From the NCBI GenBank assembly GCA_963755675.1, contig CAVWLK010000068.1, forward strand, positions 58,626-122,625: a stretch of 64,000 nucleotides of DNA, written 5' to 3'. Shown piece by piece: positions 37,213-48,553 of the stretch (the first letter of the stretch is position 1; each line of letters begins with the position of its first letter). The notes under the pieces are model-generated. The model saw nothing but the letters and a program-made list of their open reading frames with translations. It did no database searches and was not told the DNA's origin. The DNA is from an uncultured Actinomycetes bacterium (GTDB taxonomy: Bacteria > Actinomycetota > Thermoleophilia > Gaiellales > JAICJC01). A program made the translations under genes and the position numbers.

Positions 37213-39149
37213 TCGCCCGGGTGCATCCGCTGGTCACCGCCCGTGCGGTCGACCGCGCGTTCGACTACGCGATCCCAGCCGAGCTCGGCGACCGTGTCGT
37301 CGCAGGAGCGATCGTGCGCGTCCCTCTGGGCGGGCGAGAGGTCGACGGCGTGGTCGACTCGCTGGGTGAGGCGTCCGGCGACGACGAGCTGAAGCCCATC
37401 ATCGACGTCACCGGACGGGTGACGCTGCCGCTGCTCGAGCTTGCCGGCTGGATCGCGGAGCAGACGGCGTCCACGATGGCGCGGGCGATCGCCCTGGTGA
37501 TCCCGCCGCGGCCGCCGCGGCGGGCTCTGCGTGCCGTCGAGCGCCAAGTGACCGAGGACAGGATCGTGACCCTGAACGAGGCCCAGCAGAGGGCGGTTGA
37601 CGAGTGCCTGGCCGCGATACGGGATGGCTCACACGAGGTGCTGCTGCACGGCGTCACCGGCTCCGGCAAGACCGAGGTGTACCTGCGGGTGATCGAGAAG
37701 AGCTTGGTCGCGGAAGGGGGCGATCGTGCTGGTGCCCGAGATCGCGCTCACGCCGCAGACCGCCGCCCGTTTCGGGGCCCGCTTCGGGAAACGGTGGCGG
37801 TGCTGCACAGTGCGCTCACGCCCGCTCGCCGTGGCGAGGAGCACCGCCGGATCGCGGCCGGCGAGGCGCGCGTGGTGGTGGGGGCGCGCTCGGCGATCTT
37901 CGCAGCCGTCCCCGATCTGGGCGTGATCGTGGTCGACGAGGAGCACGACGCGTCGTACAAGCACGAGAGCGATCCCCGCTACGACGCGCGACGTGTGGCC
38001 GCCAAGCGGGCGCGCCTGGAGGGGGCGCTGGTGATCTTTGGCAGCGCCACGCCGCGGCCGGAGTCGTGGCACGGCATCGCGCGACGAATCAGCTGCCGGG
38101 CCGGGTGGGTGGCGAGCTTCCCTCGGTGCAGCTGGTCGATCTTCGCCGCGACGGCGGCTACCCGCTGACGCGGCCGCTGCGAGACGCCCTGGGCGAGATC
38201 GAGGATCGGCGGTGGGCGGGCGATCCTGCTGCAGAATCGGCGCGGGTCGGCGTCGGCGATCCACTGCCGATCGTGCGCGCGCTCGTGGCGCTGCCCGCGC
38301 TGCGACGTCTCGCTGTCGTTGCACGGCAGCACCCGCCTGGTCTGCCACCACTGCGGACACGAGGAGCGGGTGCCGCGAGCCTGCCCGGCCTGTGGATCGG
38401 TCGACCTGACTCGCATCGGATCGGGCACGCGGGCGGTCGAGGACGAGCTGGCGGAACGCTTACCCGGCACTCGAGATCCTGCAGGCTGGATGCCGACGTC
38501 GCGGCCCGCGCCGGGCGAGCCCGATGCGACGCTTGCTCGGTTCCGCGAGTCGCAGCGAGCTGTGTTGGTGGGGACGCAGCTGGTGGCGAAGGGACACGAC
38601 GTGCCGGGAGTCACGCTGGCCGCGGTGCTGGACGCCGAGACCGGCCTGGCGGTGCCCGACTTCCGCGCCGAGGAGCGCACCTTCGCGCTGCTGACCCAGC
38701 TTGCCGGACGACCAGGGCGTCCCGGCGATCCCCGCGGGCGTGTGCTGATCCAGGCCTGGGAACCAGGGTCGCGTGTGGTCGAGCTGGCGGCCCGGCACGC
38801 CGTGGCGGAATTCCTCGAGGGCGAGCTGACGCGGCGACGGGAGCTGGGCTACCCGCCCTTCGGCCGGATCGTGCGGCTGCTGGTGGCGGCACCGGAGCCG
38901 CGAACGGCAATCGAGGTTGCCGAGGTGCTGGCCGACGCCGCCCGCCCCGCGTTGGGTGGCGACCAGCTGCTCGGCCCGGCTCCGCTCCACCGCCTTCGCG
39001 ACCGCGCCCGCAGCCACCTGTTGGTGAAGACCTCCGAGCCGCGTCGAGCGGCGACGGTGTTCCGCGGCCTGCTGCGCGACCTGGCCGCCGATCTGCGTCG
39101 CGCCAATGCCACGGCGGTGGTGGACGTCGACCCGCAATCGTTTGGGTAG
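37209..39149 (+). CDS. priA: primosomal protein N' helicase (several apparent frameshifts between ~37715 and ~38500)
   Basis: [38 protein letters not shown], Zn-finger [35 protein letters not shown] across shifting frames. Start uncertain. Confidence 0.9.
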
Positions 39150-39231
39150 GTGGCGGCGAGGAGATTTGATGAGCGTCCTTGAGATGCCCAGTCGCTCGGA
39201 TGGCTTGGTTGCGCGCGGAGCCTGCGGCTTG

Positions 39232-39299
39232 GGGGTGCCAGGCCTTGATGACCTCGAGTGCTGGTGGCTGCGATGTGGCGTTGCTAGGGCTGGCACCCC
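39232..39299. repeat. inverted repeat (REP-doublet-like)
   Basis: GGGGTGCCAG (39232-39241) / CTGGCACCCC (39290-39299) enclosing a G/T-rich spacer. Confidence 0.45.
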
Positions 39300-39321
39300 T
39301 GGTGCCCTCTAAGCTGTGTTG

Positions 39322-39855
39322 ATGCGTGCTCTCGTGATCGTCGACATCCAGAACGACTACTTCCCCGGCGGGCGCTGCCAGCTGGTCGGGCCCGAGGAGG
39401 CGGCGGCGAACGCGGCGCGCCTGCTCGCGATTCAGCGCGCCGCGGGCCAGCCGGTCTTCCATATCCAGCACGTCTGGGAGGGCGACGAGGCCGAGTTCTT
39501 CTCGCTAGGCACTCCGGGCGTCGAGATTCACGACTTGGTGAGGCCGCTGCCGGGAGAGCCCGTCGTCCAGAAGGCCTATCCCAACAGCTTTCGCGGCACC
39601 GACCTCGAGCGGCGGCTGCGCGAAACGGGCGCAGACGAGGTGCTGGTCGTCGGGATGATGACCAGCATGTGCGTCGACGCCACCGTTCGGGCGGCGGTCG
39701 ATCTCGGCTTTGGGTGCACGGTCGCTCATGATGCCTGCGCCACGCTCGATCTCGAATTCGCCGGCTCGACGATTCCCGCCGCGGGCGTGCACGGGGCGTT
39801 CATGGCCGCTTTGGGCGACGGCTACGCGACGGTAGTATCCAGCGACGATGTCTGA
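39322..39855 (+). CDS. isochorismatase-family cysteine hydrolase
   Basis: ALVIVDIQNDYFPGG, K..PNSF, GMMTSMCVDATVRAA. Confidence 0.92.
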   Translation: MRALVIVDIQNDYFPGGRCQLVGPEEAAANAARLLAIQRAAGQPVFHIQHVWEGDEAEFFSLGTPGVEIHDLVRPLPGEPVVQKAYPNSFRGTDLERRLRETGADEVLVVGMMTSMCVDATVRAAVDLGFGCTVAHDACATLDLEFAGSTIPAAGVHGAFMAALGDGYATVVSSDDV

Positions 39856-40429
39856 GCAGGCTGAGGATCTGGAACAGGAGCAGCCCGACCCGGGTCCAAG
39901 TCCCGAGGAGCGCCGCGAGTGGCGGGCCACGGCGCTGCGGCTTGTGCGGCAGTATCCCGACCCGGCGCTGCGCAATCCGGCCTCGCCGGTGGCGCAGGTC
40001 GACGAGGAGGTTCAACGGCTGGCGGCGCGGATGGTGGAGGTGATGGAGCGCTCCCACGGAGTCGGCCTCGCGGCACCGCAGCTCGGCGTGCTGCGGAGGA
40101 TGTTCGTCTACCGCGTGGGCGATGAGGAGACCCCGCGCGTCCTGATCAATCCGAAGCTGTCCCAGCTATCCGAGGAGACCGAGATCAGCACCGAGGGCTG
40201 CCTCTCACTGCTTGGCGGGGAGCTTCAGGTGCCGGTCGAGCGCCACGTTCGGGTACACGTCTCGGCGACGGATGCCCTGGGCGAGGACTTCGAGCTCGAG
40301 GCGGAGGGGTTCGAGGCGCGCGTGATCCAGCATGAAATCGATCACCTGGACGGCGTGTTGATCGTCGACCGTGCCCAGGACGAGCAGCGCCGCGAGGCGC
40401 TGCGGGAGCTCCGCCTGCGGGCGGGGTGA
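39848..40429 (+). CDS. def: peptide deformylase
   Basis: GVGLAAPQLG, EGCLS, QHEIDHLDG. Confidence 0.96.
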   Translation: MSEQAEDLEQEQPDPGPSPEERREWRATALRLVRQYPDPALRNPASPVAQVDEEVQRLAARMVEVMERSHGVGLAAPQLGVLRRMFVYRVGDEETPRVLINPKLSQLSEETEISTEGCLSLLGGELQVPVERHVRVHVSATDALGEDFELEAEGFEARVIQHEIDHLDGVLIVDRAQDEQRREALRELRLRAG

Positions 40430-41301
40430 ACGTCGCATTCTTCGGCACCTCGGCTTTTGGCGCCGACGTGCTGCGCGCGCTGGTGGAGCGGGGCCGGCTG
40501 ACGATCTCGGAGGTCGTCTCGCAGCCCGACCGCGAGAGCGGCCGTGGTCGTAGGCTGACACCGCCGCCCGTGGCCGAAGCGGCGCGTGAGCTCGGCCTGC
40601 AGCTCTCGCAGCCGGAGCGGGCCAGCGACGCACCGCCCAGGGCGGAGGCTGGGATCGTGGTCGCCTTCGGCCAGATCATCCGCGACCCACTGCTGTCGGC
40701 CTACCCGCTGGTCAATCTGCATCCCTCGCTGCTGCCCCGCTGGCGAGGTGCGGCGCCGGTCGAGCGCGCGATCATGGCCGGCGACGGCGAGACGGGCGTC
40801 GCCGTGATCGAGCTCGTGGCCGAGCTGGACGCCGGACCGGTGCTGGCCGAGCGGCGGTTTCCGATCGGCGACCGGGACGATACCGGCGACCTGCGGGCGC
40901 GGGCGCTCGAGTTGGGGGTGCCGCTGCTGGAGCGGGCGCTGCTGGAGCGGCCCCGGCCGCACCCCCAATCGGACGTGGGGATCACCTACGCCCACAAGAT
41001 CGGGCCGGCCGACCGCACCCTCGACTGGTCGCGGCCGGCCGTCGAGCTCGATCGGGTCGTGCGCGCGCTCTCGCCGCACATCGGCGCCCGCTGCCTGCTG
41101 GACGGCCGGCCGTTCGTGATCTGGCGGGCGCGTCCGCTCGACCGTGGGCCGGCGGTCGTGGGTGAGGTGACGGCGCCGCTGGTGGTGGGGTGCGCGGAGG
41201 GGGCGTTGGAGCTGCTCGAGCTGCAGCCGGCCGGCAAGCGGCGGATGAGTGGCGAGGAGTTTCTGCGCGGCCTGCGGGAGCAGCCCCGCAAGGCATCGTG
41301 A
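40426..41301 (+). CDS. fmt: methionyl-tRNA formyltransferase
   Basis: FFGTSAF, SQPDR..GRG, NLHPSLLPRWRGAAPV, LDAGP, LQPAGKRRM. Confidence 0.95.
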   Translation: MNVAFFGTSAFGADVLRALVERGRLTISEVVSQPDRESGRGRRLTPPPVAEAARELGLQLSQPERASDAPPRAEAGIVVAFGQIIRDPLLSAYPLVNLHPSLLPRWRGAAPVERAIMAGDGETGVAVIELVAELDAGPVLAERRFPIGDRDDTGDLRARALELGVPLLERALLERPRPHPQSDVGITYAHKIGPADRTLDWSRPAVELDRVVRALSPHIGARCLLDGRPFVIWRARPLDRGPAVVGEVTAPLVVGCAEGALELLELQPAGKRRMSGEEFLRGLREQPRKAS

Positions 41302-42505
41302 GCGAGGGCGTGGCCCCGTTCAGGCGGGTGGCATACGAGGTCGTCCGCCGCACCTTCGAGCAGGGCGCGTATGCCGATCGCGCCTTCGCCGCCCTCGCCG
41401 ATGAGCTCGATCCGCGAGATCGGCGGCAGGCAATGCGGCTCGCGTTCGGCGCCGTCCAGCGCTCGCGCACGGTCGATCACGCGGTGGCGGAGCTTGGCGC
41501 CCGGCGGCCGCAACGGCTCCAGGCGGAGCTGCGAAACGCCCTGCGGGTGAGCGGCTTCGAGCTGCCGTCTCGGACGCCGTGCCGGCACGGGCGGCCGTCA
41601 ACGAGGGCGTGGAGCTGGCTCGGGACGTGGCAGGGGCGCGCACCTCCGGGCTGGCCAACGCCGTGCTTCGCCGGATCGCCGAAGCCGGACCGGGCTGGAC
41701 CGACTCGCTGCCATCGCCGCTGCGATACTCGTATCCGGATTGGGTGTGGCAGGAATGGGTGGAGCTGATCGGCGAGCCGGCGGCGGCGGCCTGCGCCGTC
41801 GCACAGAACGCGGCACCCGAGCTGTGCGTGAGGGTGAATACTCTGCGCGCCGGCAGCGTTGACCTGGGCGTACCGACGCATACGGACATCGCCCTGCCGG
41901 AAGCGCTCGTGATCGACGGCGCCTACGACGTCGCAGACAGCGCCGCCTTCAGGAACGGCTTGATCTGGCCGCAGTCGCGCTCATCGATGCGGCCGGCGCG
42001 GCTGCTTGCCCCCGAGCCCGGCATGCGCGTGCTCGACCTGTGCGCCGCCCCCGGCGGCAAGTCAGGGCAGCTGGCGGCGCTGATGGAGGACCGCGGCGAG
42101 CTGGTGTGTGTCGAGCGCCATCCTGGGCGGGCCGCGCAGCTCGAGGAGACGCTGGCCCGGTTGGGCGCGACCTGCGCGCGGGTGGTGACGGCGGACGCGG
42201 AGCGGTACGAGGAAGCTGGATTGTTCGACCGCGTTCTGCTCGATCCGCCCTGCACTGGGCTGGGCGTGCTGGCCGGGCGTCCAGATGCCCGCTGGCGCCG
42301 CACGGCCGAGCAGGCGGTCGAGCTGGTCGCCATGCAGCGGCGTCTGCTGGAGGTCGCGCGCTCGCGAGTCGCGCCGGGCGGAGCACTGGTCTACTCAGTT
42401 TGCACGCTCAACCGGGCAGAGTGCGAGGGCGTGCTGCCAGGCGGCGAGTACCTGCTACCACAGGACACCGGCAGCGATGGGTTCTACATCGTCCGCGAAG
42501 GCTGA
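41298..42505 (+). CDS. rsmB: 16S rRNA m5C967 methyltransferase RsmB/Sun (apparent frameshift at ~41570)
   Basis: NusB-like N-terminus (AAVNEGVELA, ANAVLRR), LDLCAAPGGKS, DPPCTGLG, YSVCT, DGFY. Confidence 0.92.
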
Positions 42506-42519
42506 GCGCCCGCCCGCTC

Positions 42520-44733
42520 TCAGGCCGCGTCGCGGCTGCGCTGTTCCCACAGCCGCTCGATCTCGGCAGCCGCGACCGGAGGGCTGAACAGGTAGCCCTG
42601 TCCCAGCCGGCAGCCGAGCCCGATCAGGAACTGGCGCTGCTGCTCGGTCTCGATTCCCTCGGCCAGCGGCTCCATGCCCAGGCCGCGCGCCAGCCGAACG
42701 ATCGTCTCGGTGAGCGTCGACGACGACCGATCGCCCGGAAGGCCGCAGACGAACGAGCGATCGACCTTCAGCGTTCCCGCCGGCAGGACGTTCAGGCGCG
42801 ACAGCGACGAGTAGCCGGTGCCGAAGTCGTCGATGGCGAGCGGCATGCCGGCGGCGCTCAGCATCGCCGCGATCACGTCGGTCTGGCCGGGATCGCCCAT
42901 CGCGGCCGACTCGGTCACCTCCAGCACCAGCTGATCGGGCCGCACGCCCGAGCTTCGCACCTGTGTGAGCAGGTTGCGGACGACGGATGTCTCCCACAGC
43001 ATCGTCGGGAAGTTGAACGAGATGCGAAGCGCAACTCCGAGCTGCTGCCAGCGCAGCGTCTGGGCGCAGATCTCGTCCACGACCCACTCGGTGATCGGCT
43101 TGATCAGGCCGGTGCGCTCCGCCAGCGGGATGAACGACGCGGGCGACACGATCGGCTCCCCCGGCGGCGTCCAGCGGATCAGCGCCTCGACTCCGATCGG
43201 CGTGCCGGTCCTGAGCTGGACGATCGGCTGGTAGTGGAGCGTGAACTCTCCGCGCTCGATCGCCCTGTGCAGACGGGAGGTGAGCGCCAGCTCCTCGGCG
43301 GGTGGCAGTCCCGCCACCGCCTCGCGCTGCCTGCGGCCGGGCCTCGACCGGTAGCGGTCGATGTGCGCTCGCTTGATCAGCGAGTCGCGGTCGCCGGCGT
43401 CGCGCGGGTACAGGGCGATGCCGGCGCTGGCGCCCAGATACACCTCGCCGCCGTCGTAGCTGAAGGGGACCGCGAGCAGGTGCTGGAGCCGGCCGACCAG
43501 CGCCTCAGCCATCTGAGCGACGTCCTCGGGTACGACGTGGGTGCCGTCGCCGTGGTGCTCGCCGGTGTCGGCCACCAGCACAAGGAACTCATCACCGCCG
43601 TGGCGGGCGACCAGCTCGGCCCCGAACGCAGCGTCCCGCAAACGGCTTGCGAACTGGCGCAGAAGCTCGTCTCCCGCCGTGTGGCCGAGCGAGTCGTTGA
43701 TCAGCGTGAAGTTGTCCACGCTGATGAACAGCACGGCGGCGTGACGGTCGTGAGCGTGGCAGCGCTCGATCGCGAGGTCGAGCCAGCGCGCGAACAGGTC
43801 GCGGTTGGGCAGCCCCGTGAGCTCGTCGTAGTGGGCGAGATACTCGACCCGCTCCTCGGCCCGGCGCCGCTCGGTGATGTCCTCCGAGATGCTGGTCATG
43901 CCGATCACGCGGCCGGACGAGTCGCGCAGCAGCATGTCGTTGCAGGTGATGATCAGCTCGTCACCATCGCGTGTGAGGATGATCGTCTCGTCGGACTGTG
44001 GCATCTCGCCGCTCTCGATCGCCTGCAGGTAGCGGTCGCGGCGGTATGCCTGGGAGGGGTGGGGGAAGACGTCGTACCAGTTGCGGCCGAGCAGCTCCTC
44101 GCGACTCCAGCCCGTGAGCCGCAGCAGGTGATCGTTGCAGAAGGTGATCAGACCGGTGCGGTCGATCATCACGGCGATCAGTTGCACCCGTTCCAGAATC
44201 TCGCGGAACCGGCGCTCCGACTCGTGGGTCGCCAGCTCGGCCCGCTTCTGCTCCGTCACGTCCTCCATGTAGCCCTGGTAGCTGACCGGCGTTCCGTGCT
44301 CATCGGCCAGACACATGCCGGTATCCCGGATCCAGACCGTCCGCCCGTCGCGGGCGATCAGCCTGTACTCGTGCGACCAGACCTCACCGGGAACGGCATG
44401 CTCGAGAACCGCCATGGCCATCTCGCGATCGTCGGGGTGGAGCAGCTTGACGAACAGCTCGGCATCGGCCATCCATTCTTCTGGCGTGTATCCGAGCATC
44501 TCGGTCGTCTGCGGGCTGATGAACAGCGACGAGCTGTACTCGTTTGGCTCGTCCTCGTACACGATCAGCGGCAGCCGTTCGACCAGCGCCCGGTAGCGTG
44601 CCTCAGCGGCGTCCACGCTCAGGCTCCAACGCCGCACCGACCGCCGCTCGGAGCGCACGCGAAGTGTCAGCGCCACCGCCGCGGCCAGCACGGCGGAAAC
44701 AACGGCAGGGGCAATCGGGAGCAGGTTATCCAC
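42520..44733 (-). CDS. membrane-anchored PAS-PAS-GGDEF-EAL protein
   Basis: N-terminal TM helix, two PAS/PAC domains, YDELTGLPNR, RHGGDEF, YQPIV, EALIRW, EVTES, IDDFGTGYSSL, LKVDRSF, AEGIET, QGYLF. Confidence 0.93.
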   Translation of the reverse strand: MDNLLPIAPAVVSAVLAAAVALTLRVRSERRSVRRWSLSVDAAEARYRALVERLPLIVYEDEPNEYSSSLFISPQTTEMLGYTPEEWMADAELFVKLLHPDDREMAMAVLEHAVPGEVWSHEYRLIARDGRTVWIRDTGMCLADEHGTPVSYQGYMEDVTEQKRAELATHESERRFREILERVQLIAVMIDRTGLITFCNDHLLRLTGWSREELLGRNWYDVFPHPSQAYRRDRYLQAIESGEMPQSDETIILTRDGDELIITCNDMLLRDSSGRVIGMTSISEDITERRRAEERVEYLAHYDELTGLPNRDLFARWLDLAIERCHAHDRHAAVLFISVDNFTLINDSLGHTAGDELLRQFASRLRDAAFGAELVARHGGDEFLVLVADTGEHHGDGTHVVPEDVAQMAEALVGRLQHLLAVPFSYDGGEVYLGASAGIALYPRDAGDRDSLIKRAHIDRYRSRPGRRQREAVAGLPPAEELALTSRLHRAIERGEFTLHYQPIVQLRTGTPIGVEALIRWTPPGEPIVSPASFIPLAERTGLIKPITEWVVDEICAQTLRWQQLGVALRISFNFPTMLWETSVVRNLLTQVRSSGVRPDQLVLEVTESAAMGDPGQTDVIAAMLSAAGMPLAIDDFGTGYSSLSRLNVLPAGTLKVDRSFVCGLPGDRSSSTLTETIVRLARGLGMEPLAEGIETEQQRQFLIGLGCRLGQGYLFSPPVAAAEIERLWEQRSRDAA

Positions 44734-44831
44734 AGCTACCCCGGTTGATCGCCCGTCGTGGCCGGGGCTTGAGTGTCCAGCTGCCCGGTTTACGTCGCCT
44801 GTGAGCGGCCGATTTCACTATCCTCACCGCC

Positions 44832-45527
44832 ATGCGCGACTGGCCCAGCACGATTGAGGTGGCTCCCTCGATCCTCTCCGCCGATTTCGGCCGCATGCGC
44901 GAGCAGGTGACGGAGGTGTTGGATGCCGGGGCGCGGGTGATTCACATCGACGTGATGGACGGACACTTCGTGCCAGTGATCACCTTCGGCCCCAAGATGG
45001 TGTCAGACATCAGCGACCTGATTCACGACCGCGGCGGGTTCGCCGACGTCCACCTGATGATCGAGCAGCCGGAGCGGCATCTCGACCAGTTCGCCGCCGC
45101 GGGCGCCGACAGCATCACCGTGCACGTCGAGACCTGCCCGCACCTGCACAGCACGCTGCACAAGATCCGCGAGCTGGGCTGCCGCGCCGGTGTGACGCTG
45201 AACCCGGCGACGCCGGTGTCGGCGCTCGGCGAGGCCGCCCGTTACGCCGACGTGCTGCTGTGCATGAGCGTCAATCCGGGGTTCGGCGGCCAGGCGTTCA
45301 TCCCCGCCACGCTCGATCGGCTGCCGCGGATGCGCGAGCTGGCCGACGCGCGCGAGGAGCCGGTGCAGGTCGAGGTGGACGGCGGCGTGGCCACCGCGAC
45401 GATCGTCGCCGTGCAGCGTGCGGGAGCGAACATCCTGGTGGCGGGATCAGCCGTCTTCTCACAGCCCAACCCGGGCGACGCGTTCCGGGCGCTGGGAGCA
45501 GCTGTCTCGGCGCCCAGCGGCGTCTAG
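44832..45527 (+). CDS. rpe: ribulose-phosphate 3-epimerase
   Basis: APSILSADF, HIDVMDGHFVP, DVHLM, MSVNPGFGGQ, VDGGV. Confidence 0.97.
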   Translation: MRDWPSTIEVAPSILSADFGRMREQVTEVLDAGARVIHIDVMDGHFVPVITFGPKMVSDISDLIHDRGGFADVHLMIEQPERHLDQFAAAGADSITVHVETCPHLHSTLHKIRELGCRAGVTLNPATPVSALGEAARYADVLLCMSVNPGFGGQAFIPATLDRLPRMRELADAREEPVQVEVDGGVATATIVAVQRAGANILVAGSAVFSQPNPGDAFRALGAAVSAPSGV

Positions 45528-45542
45528 GCCGCCGGCCGGCGC

Positions 45543-46622
45543 ATGGACGCTACCGACCGCGAGCGGCTCATGAGGTGCATCGACCTGGCGGCGCTGGGCG
45601 CACGAACAGCGGCGCCCAACCCGATGGTCGGCTGCGTTGTGGTTCGAGACGGCGCCACGCTGGGCGAGGGCTGGCACGAGCGGCCCGGCCTGCCGCACGC
45701 CGAGGTGATCGCACTGACGGCGGCGGGCGACGCGCGCGGCGCGACTGCGTACGTCAGCCTCGAGCCGTGTGCCCACCACGGCCGCACGCCGCCCTGTGCC
45801 GACGCGCTGATCGCCGCCGGCGTGGCGCGGGTGGTGGTGGCGACGCTGGATCCGGATCCCCGCACTCACGGACAGGGCATCGAGCGGCTGCGTGCCGCCG
45901 GTGTCGAGGTCGAGATCGCGGACGGTGAGGTCGCGCGCCGCGCCCGGTTGCAGAACGCCGGATTCCGCGCCCTCACGCTGCTGGGCCGTCCGCACGTCAC
46001 CTACAAGGCTGCGGTCAGCCTGGACGGACGCACCGCCACCGCGTCGGGCGAGTCGCGCTGGATTTCGTCGCCGGCCGGCCGCGCGCTGGTGCACGAGTGG
46101 CGGGCCCGGTCGGCGGCGGTGGCGGTCGGTTCAGGCACCGCGCTGGCCGACGATCCGATGCTGACCGCCCGCGACTGCGCGCCGCCGGCCGAACGGCAGC
46201 CGCTGCGGGTCGTGTTCGATCGCCGTGCCCGCCTGCCGCTCGAGTCGGCGCTGGTGCGCAGCGCCGGCGAGCTGCCGGTGGCGATCGTCGTCGCACCGGG
46301 AGCGAACACCGCCCACCTGAAGGCGGCCGGGGTGGATGTGATCGAGGCCGCGGGCCTGGACGAGGCGCTGGCCGAGCTCGGCCGCCGCCAGCTGTCCTCA
46401 CTGCTGGTCGAAGGCGGCGCACGGCTGGCCGGGGCGTTGCTCGAACATGGCCTGATCGACCGGCTGGCGCTGCTGGTGGCGCCGATCGTGCTCGGCGACG
46501 GCCCGGGCGTGGTGGCCGGCTGGTCGGCGGGAAATCTGGCCGACGGGGTGGCCGCGTCCAGCGTGAGCGCCGAGCCCATCGGTCCCGATACGCTGCTGGT
46601 GGCAGAGGTGCGAGAGATCTAG
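45543..46622 (+). CDS. ribD: riboflavin biosynthesis deaminase/reductase
   Basis: PNPMVGC, HAE, LEPCAHHGRTPPC, SLDGRTA..GESRWIS, VEGGA. Confidence 0.96.
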   Translation: MDATDRERLMRCIDLAALGARTAAPNPMVGCVVVRDGATLGEGWHERPGLPHAEVIALTAAGDARGATAYVSLEPCAHHGRTPPCADALIAAGVARVVVATLDPDPRTHGQGIERLRAAGVEVEIADGEVARRARLQNAGFRALTLLGRPHVTYKAAVSLDGRTATASGESRWISSPAGRALVHEWRARSAAVAVGSGTALADDPMLTARDCAPPAERQPLRVVFDRRARLPLESALVRSAGELPVAIVVAPGANTAHLKAAGVDVIEAAGLDEALAELGRRQLSSLLVEGGARLAGALLEHGLIDRLALLVAPIVLGDGPGVVAGWSAGNLADGVAASSVSAEPIGPDTLLVAEVREI

Positions 46623-46640
46623 ACCCCCTGAGGAGAGGTC

Positions 46641-47231
46641 GTGTTCACGGGAATCGTGCAGGAGCTGGGAACGGTGGTCTCGGCGGCGCCGCGGCTGGTG
46701 CTGGACGCGCCCGGCATCGCCGCCGATGCCGCGGTCGGCGACTCGGTGTCGGTGGACGGCTGCTGTCTCACCGTGACCGCCGTTGACGGCGCACGGCTCT
46801 CGTTCGACGCCGTGCCGGAGACGCTCCGGCGAACGACCCTGGGTGCGCTTGTCGAGGGAGCTCCGGTGAACCTTGAGCCTGCGTTGCGGGCCGGCGACCG
46901 GATGGGCGGTCACTGGGTTCAGGGCCATGTCGACGCGGTCGGCGTGCTGGCCTCGGCCGAGCCGGAGGGGGATGCCATCAATATGACCTTCACCGCACCC
47001 GACGCCGTCCTGCGCTACGTGATCGAGAAGGGCTCGATCTGCGTCAACGGCATCAGCCTGACCGTGACCGCCTTCGACGAGCAGGGGTTTTCGGTCTCGA
47101 TCATCCCGCACACGCTCGAGGTCACGACCCTCGGCTCGATCGTTCCCGGCGGCCGCGTCAACCTGGAGTCCGACCTGGTCGGCAAGTACGTCGAGCGGCT
47201 GCTGCCCGCGCGTACCGCGGTGCTACCCTGA
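46641..47231 (+). CDS. ribE: riboflavin synthase (alpha chain)
   Basis: [43 protein letters not shown]. Confidence 0.96.
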   Translation: MFTGIVQELGTVVSAAPRLVLDAPGIAADAAVGDSVSVDGCCLTVTAVDGARLSFDAVPETLRRTTLGALVEGAPVNLEPALRAGDRMGGHWVQGHVDAVGVLASAEPEGDAINMTFTAPDAVLRYVIEKGSICVNGISLTVTAFDEQGFSVSIIPHTLEVTTLGSIVPGGRVNLESDLVGKYVERLLPARTAVLP

Positions 47232-47239
47232 TCGTGAAG

Positions 47240-48553
47240 ATGCCTGTGGATGAACGCTACAAAGAGCTCTACCCGGATCTGAAGGACTCGCCGTTCGCGA
47301 CGATCGACGAGGCGATCGCGGACATCCGGGCCGGCGGCATGGTGGTGGTGGTGGATTCGCCTGACCGTGAGAACGAGGGCGACCTCGTGATGGCGGCGGA
47401 GTGCATCACACCTGAGGCCGTCAACTTCATGGCCCGCTACGCCCGTGGCCTGATCTGCCTCTCGCTGACCCCCGAGCGCTGCGACGAGCTCGGCCTGCCG
47501 ATGATGACGCAGCTCAACCGCACGCCCTACGGCACCGCGTTCACGGTCTCGATCGAGGCCCGTAGCGGCGTCTCCACCGGCATCTCGGCGGCCGACCGCG
47601 CACACACGATCCGGGTGGCGGTCGACCCGGCCACGCGGCCCGAGGACCTGATCCAGCCGGGCCACGTCTTCCCCTGCGCGCCCGCCCCCACGGCGTGTTG
47701 GAGCGCACCGGGCAGACGGAGGCATCGGTCGACCTGGCTCGGATGGCCGGTTTCTCCGGCGCCGGCGTGATCTGCGAGGTGATGAACGACGACGGCGGCA
47801 TGGCGCGGGTGCCCGACCTGGTCTCCTACTGCGAGCAGCATGGACTGAAGATGGTGACGGTGGCCGACCTGGTCGCGTACCGACACCGCAGGGAGAAGCT
47901 GGTGGAGCGGATCGCCAGCGCCCAGCTGCCCACGCGCTACGGCGACTTCGTGTCCCACGGCTACCGATCGACGATCGACGGCCAGCACCACGTTGCGCTG
48001 GTGATGGGTGACGTGGACGGCGCGGACGACGTGCTGGTGCGCGTGCATTCGGAGTGCGTGACCGGCGACGTGTTCCACTCGCTGCGCTGTGACTGCGGCG
48101 AGCAGCTCGAACGGGCGCTGTCGCAGATCGCGGAGGAGGGACGGGGCGTGCTCCTGTACCTGGCGCAGGAGGGGCGCGGCATCGGCCTGCTGAACAAGCT
48201 GCGCGCCTACGAGCTGCAGGAGCAGGGGATGGACACCGTCGACGCGAACGTCGCCCTCGGCCTTCCCGTCGACTCGCGCGATTACGGCATGGGCGCGCAG
48301 ATCCTGGCCGATCTTGGCCTGTCCACGATCCGCGCTGCTGACGAACAACCCGAAGAAGATCGTCGGCCTGGAGGGGTATGGGCTGACGGTGACCGCCCAG
48401 ATTCCGATCGTGGCTGAGCCGAACCCGGTGAATGCCGAGTACCTGCGCACCAAGGTCGAGCGGATGGGCCACACGATCACCCACCAGGGCCGGGTGCTGG
48501 ACGTCACCGACGGCGTTCCCGCTCCGTTCACGGAGGGCCCCTTCGGCCCGTGA
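47240..48553 (+). CDS. ribBA: bifunctional DHBP synthase / GTP cyclohydrolase II (apparent frameshifts at ~47672 and ~48335)
   Basis: [22 protein letters not shown] / [18 protein letters not shown]...[15 protein letters not shown] / [16 protein letters not shown]. Confidence 0.93.

Noticed and set aside
45528-45542. FMN riboswitch before the rib operon
   Set aside because: Only 15 nt separate rpe and ribD, so there is no room; rpe-rib linkage is already known in Actinobacteria.
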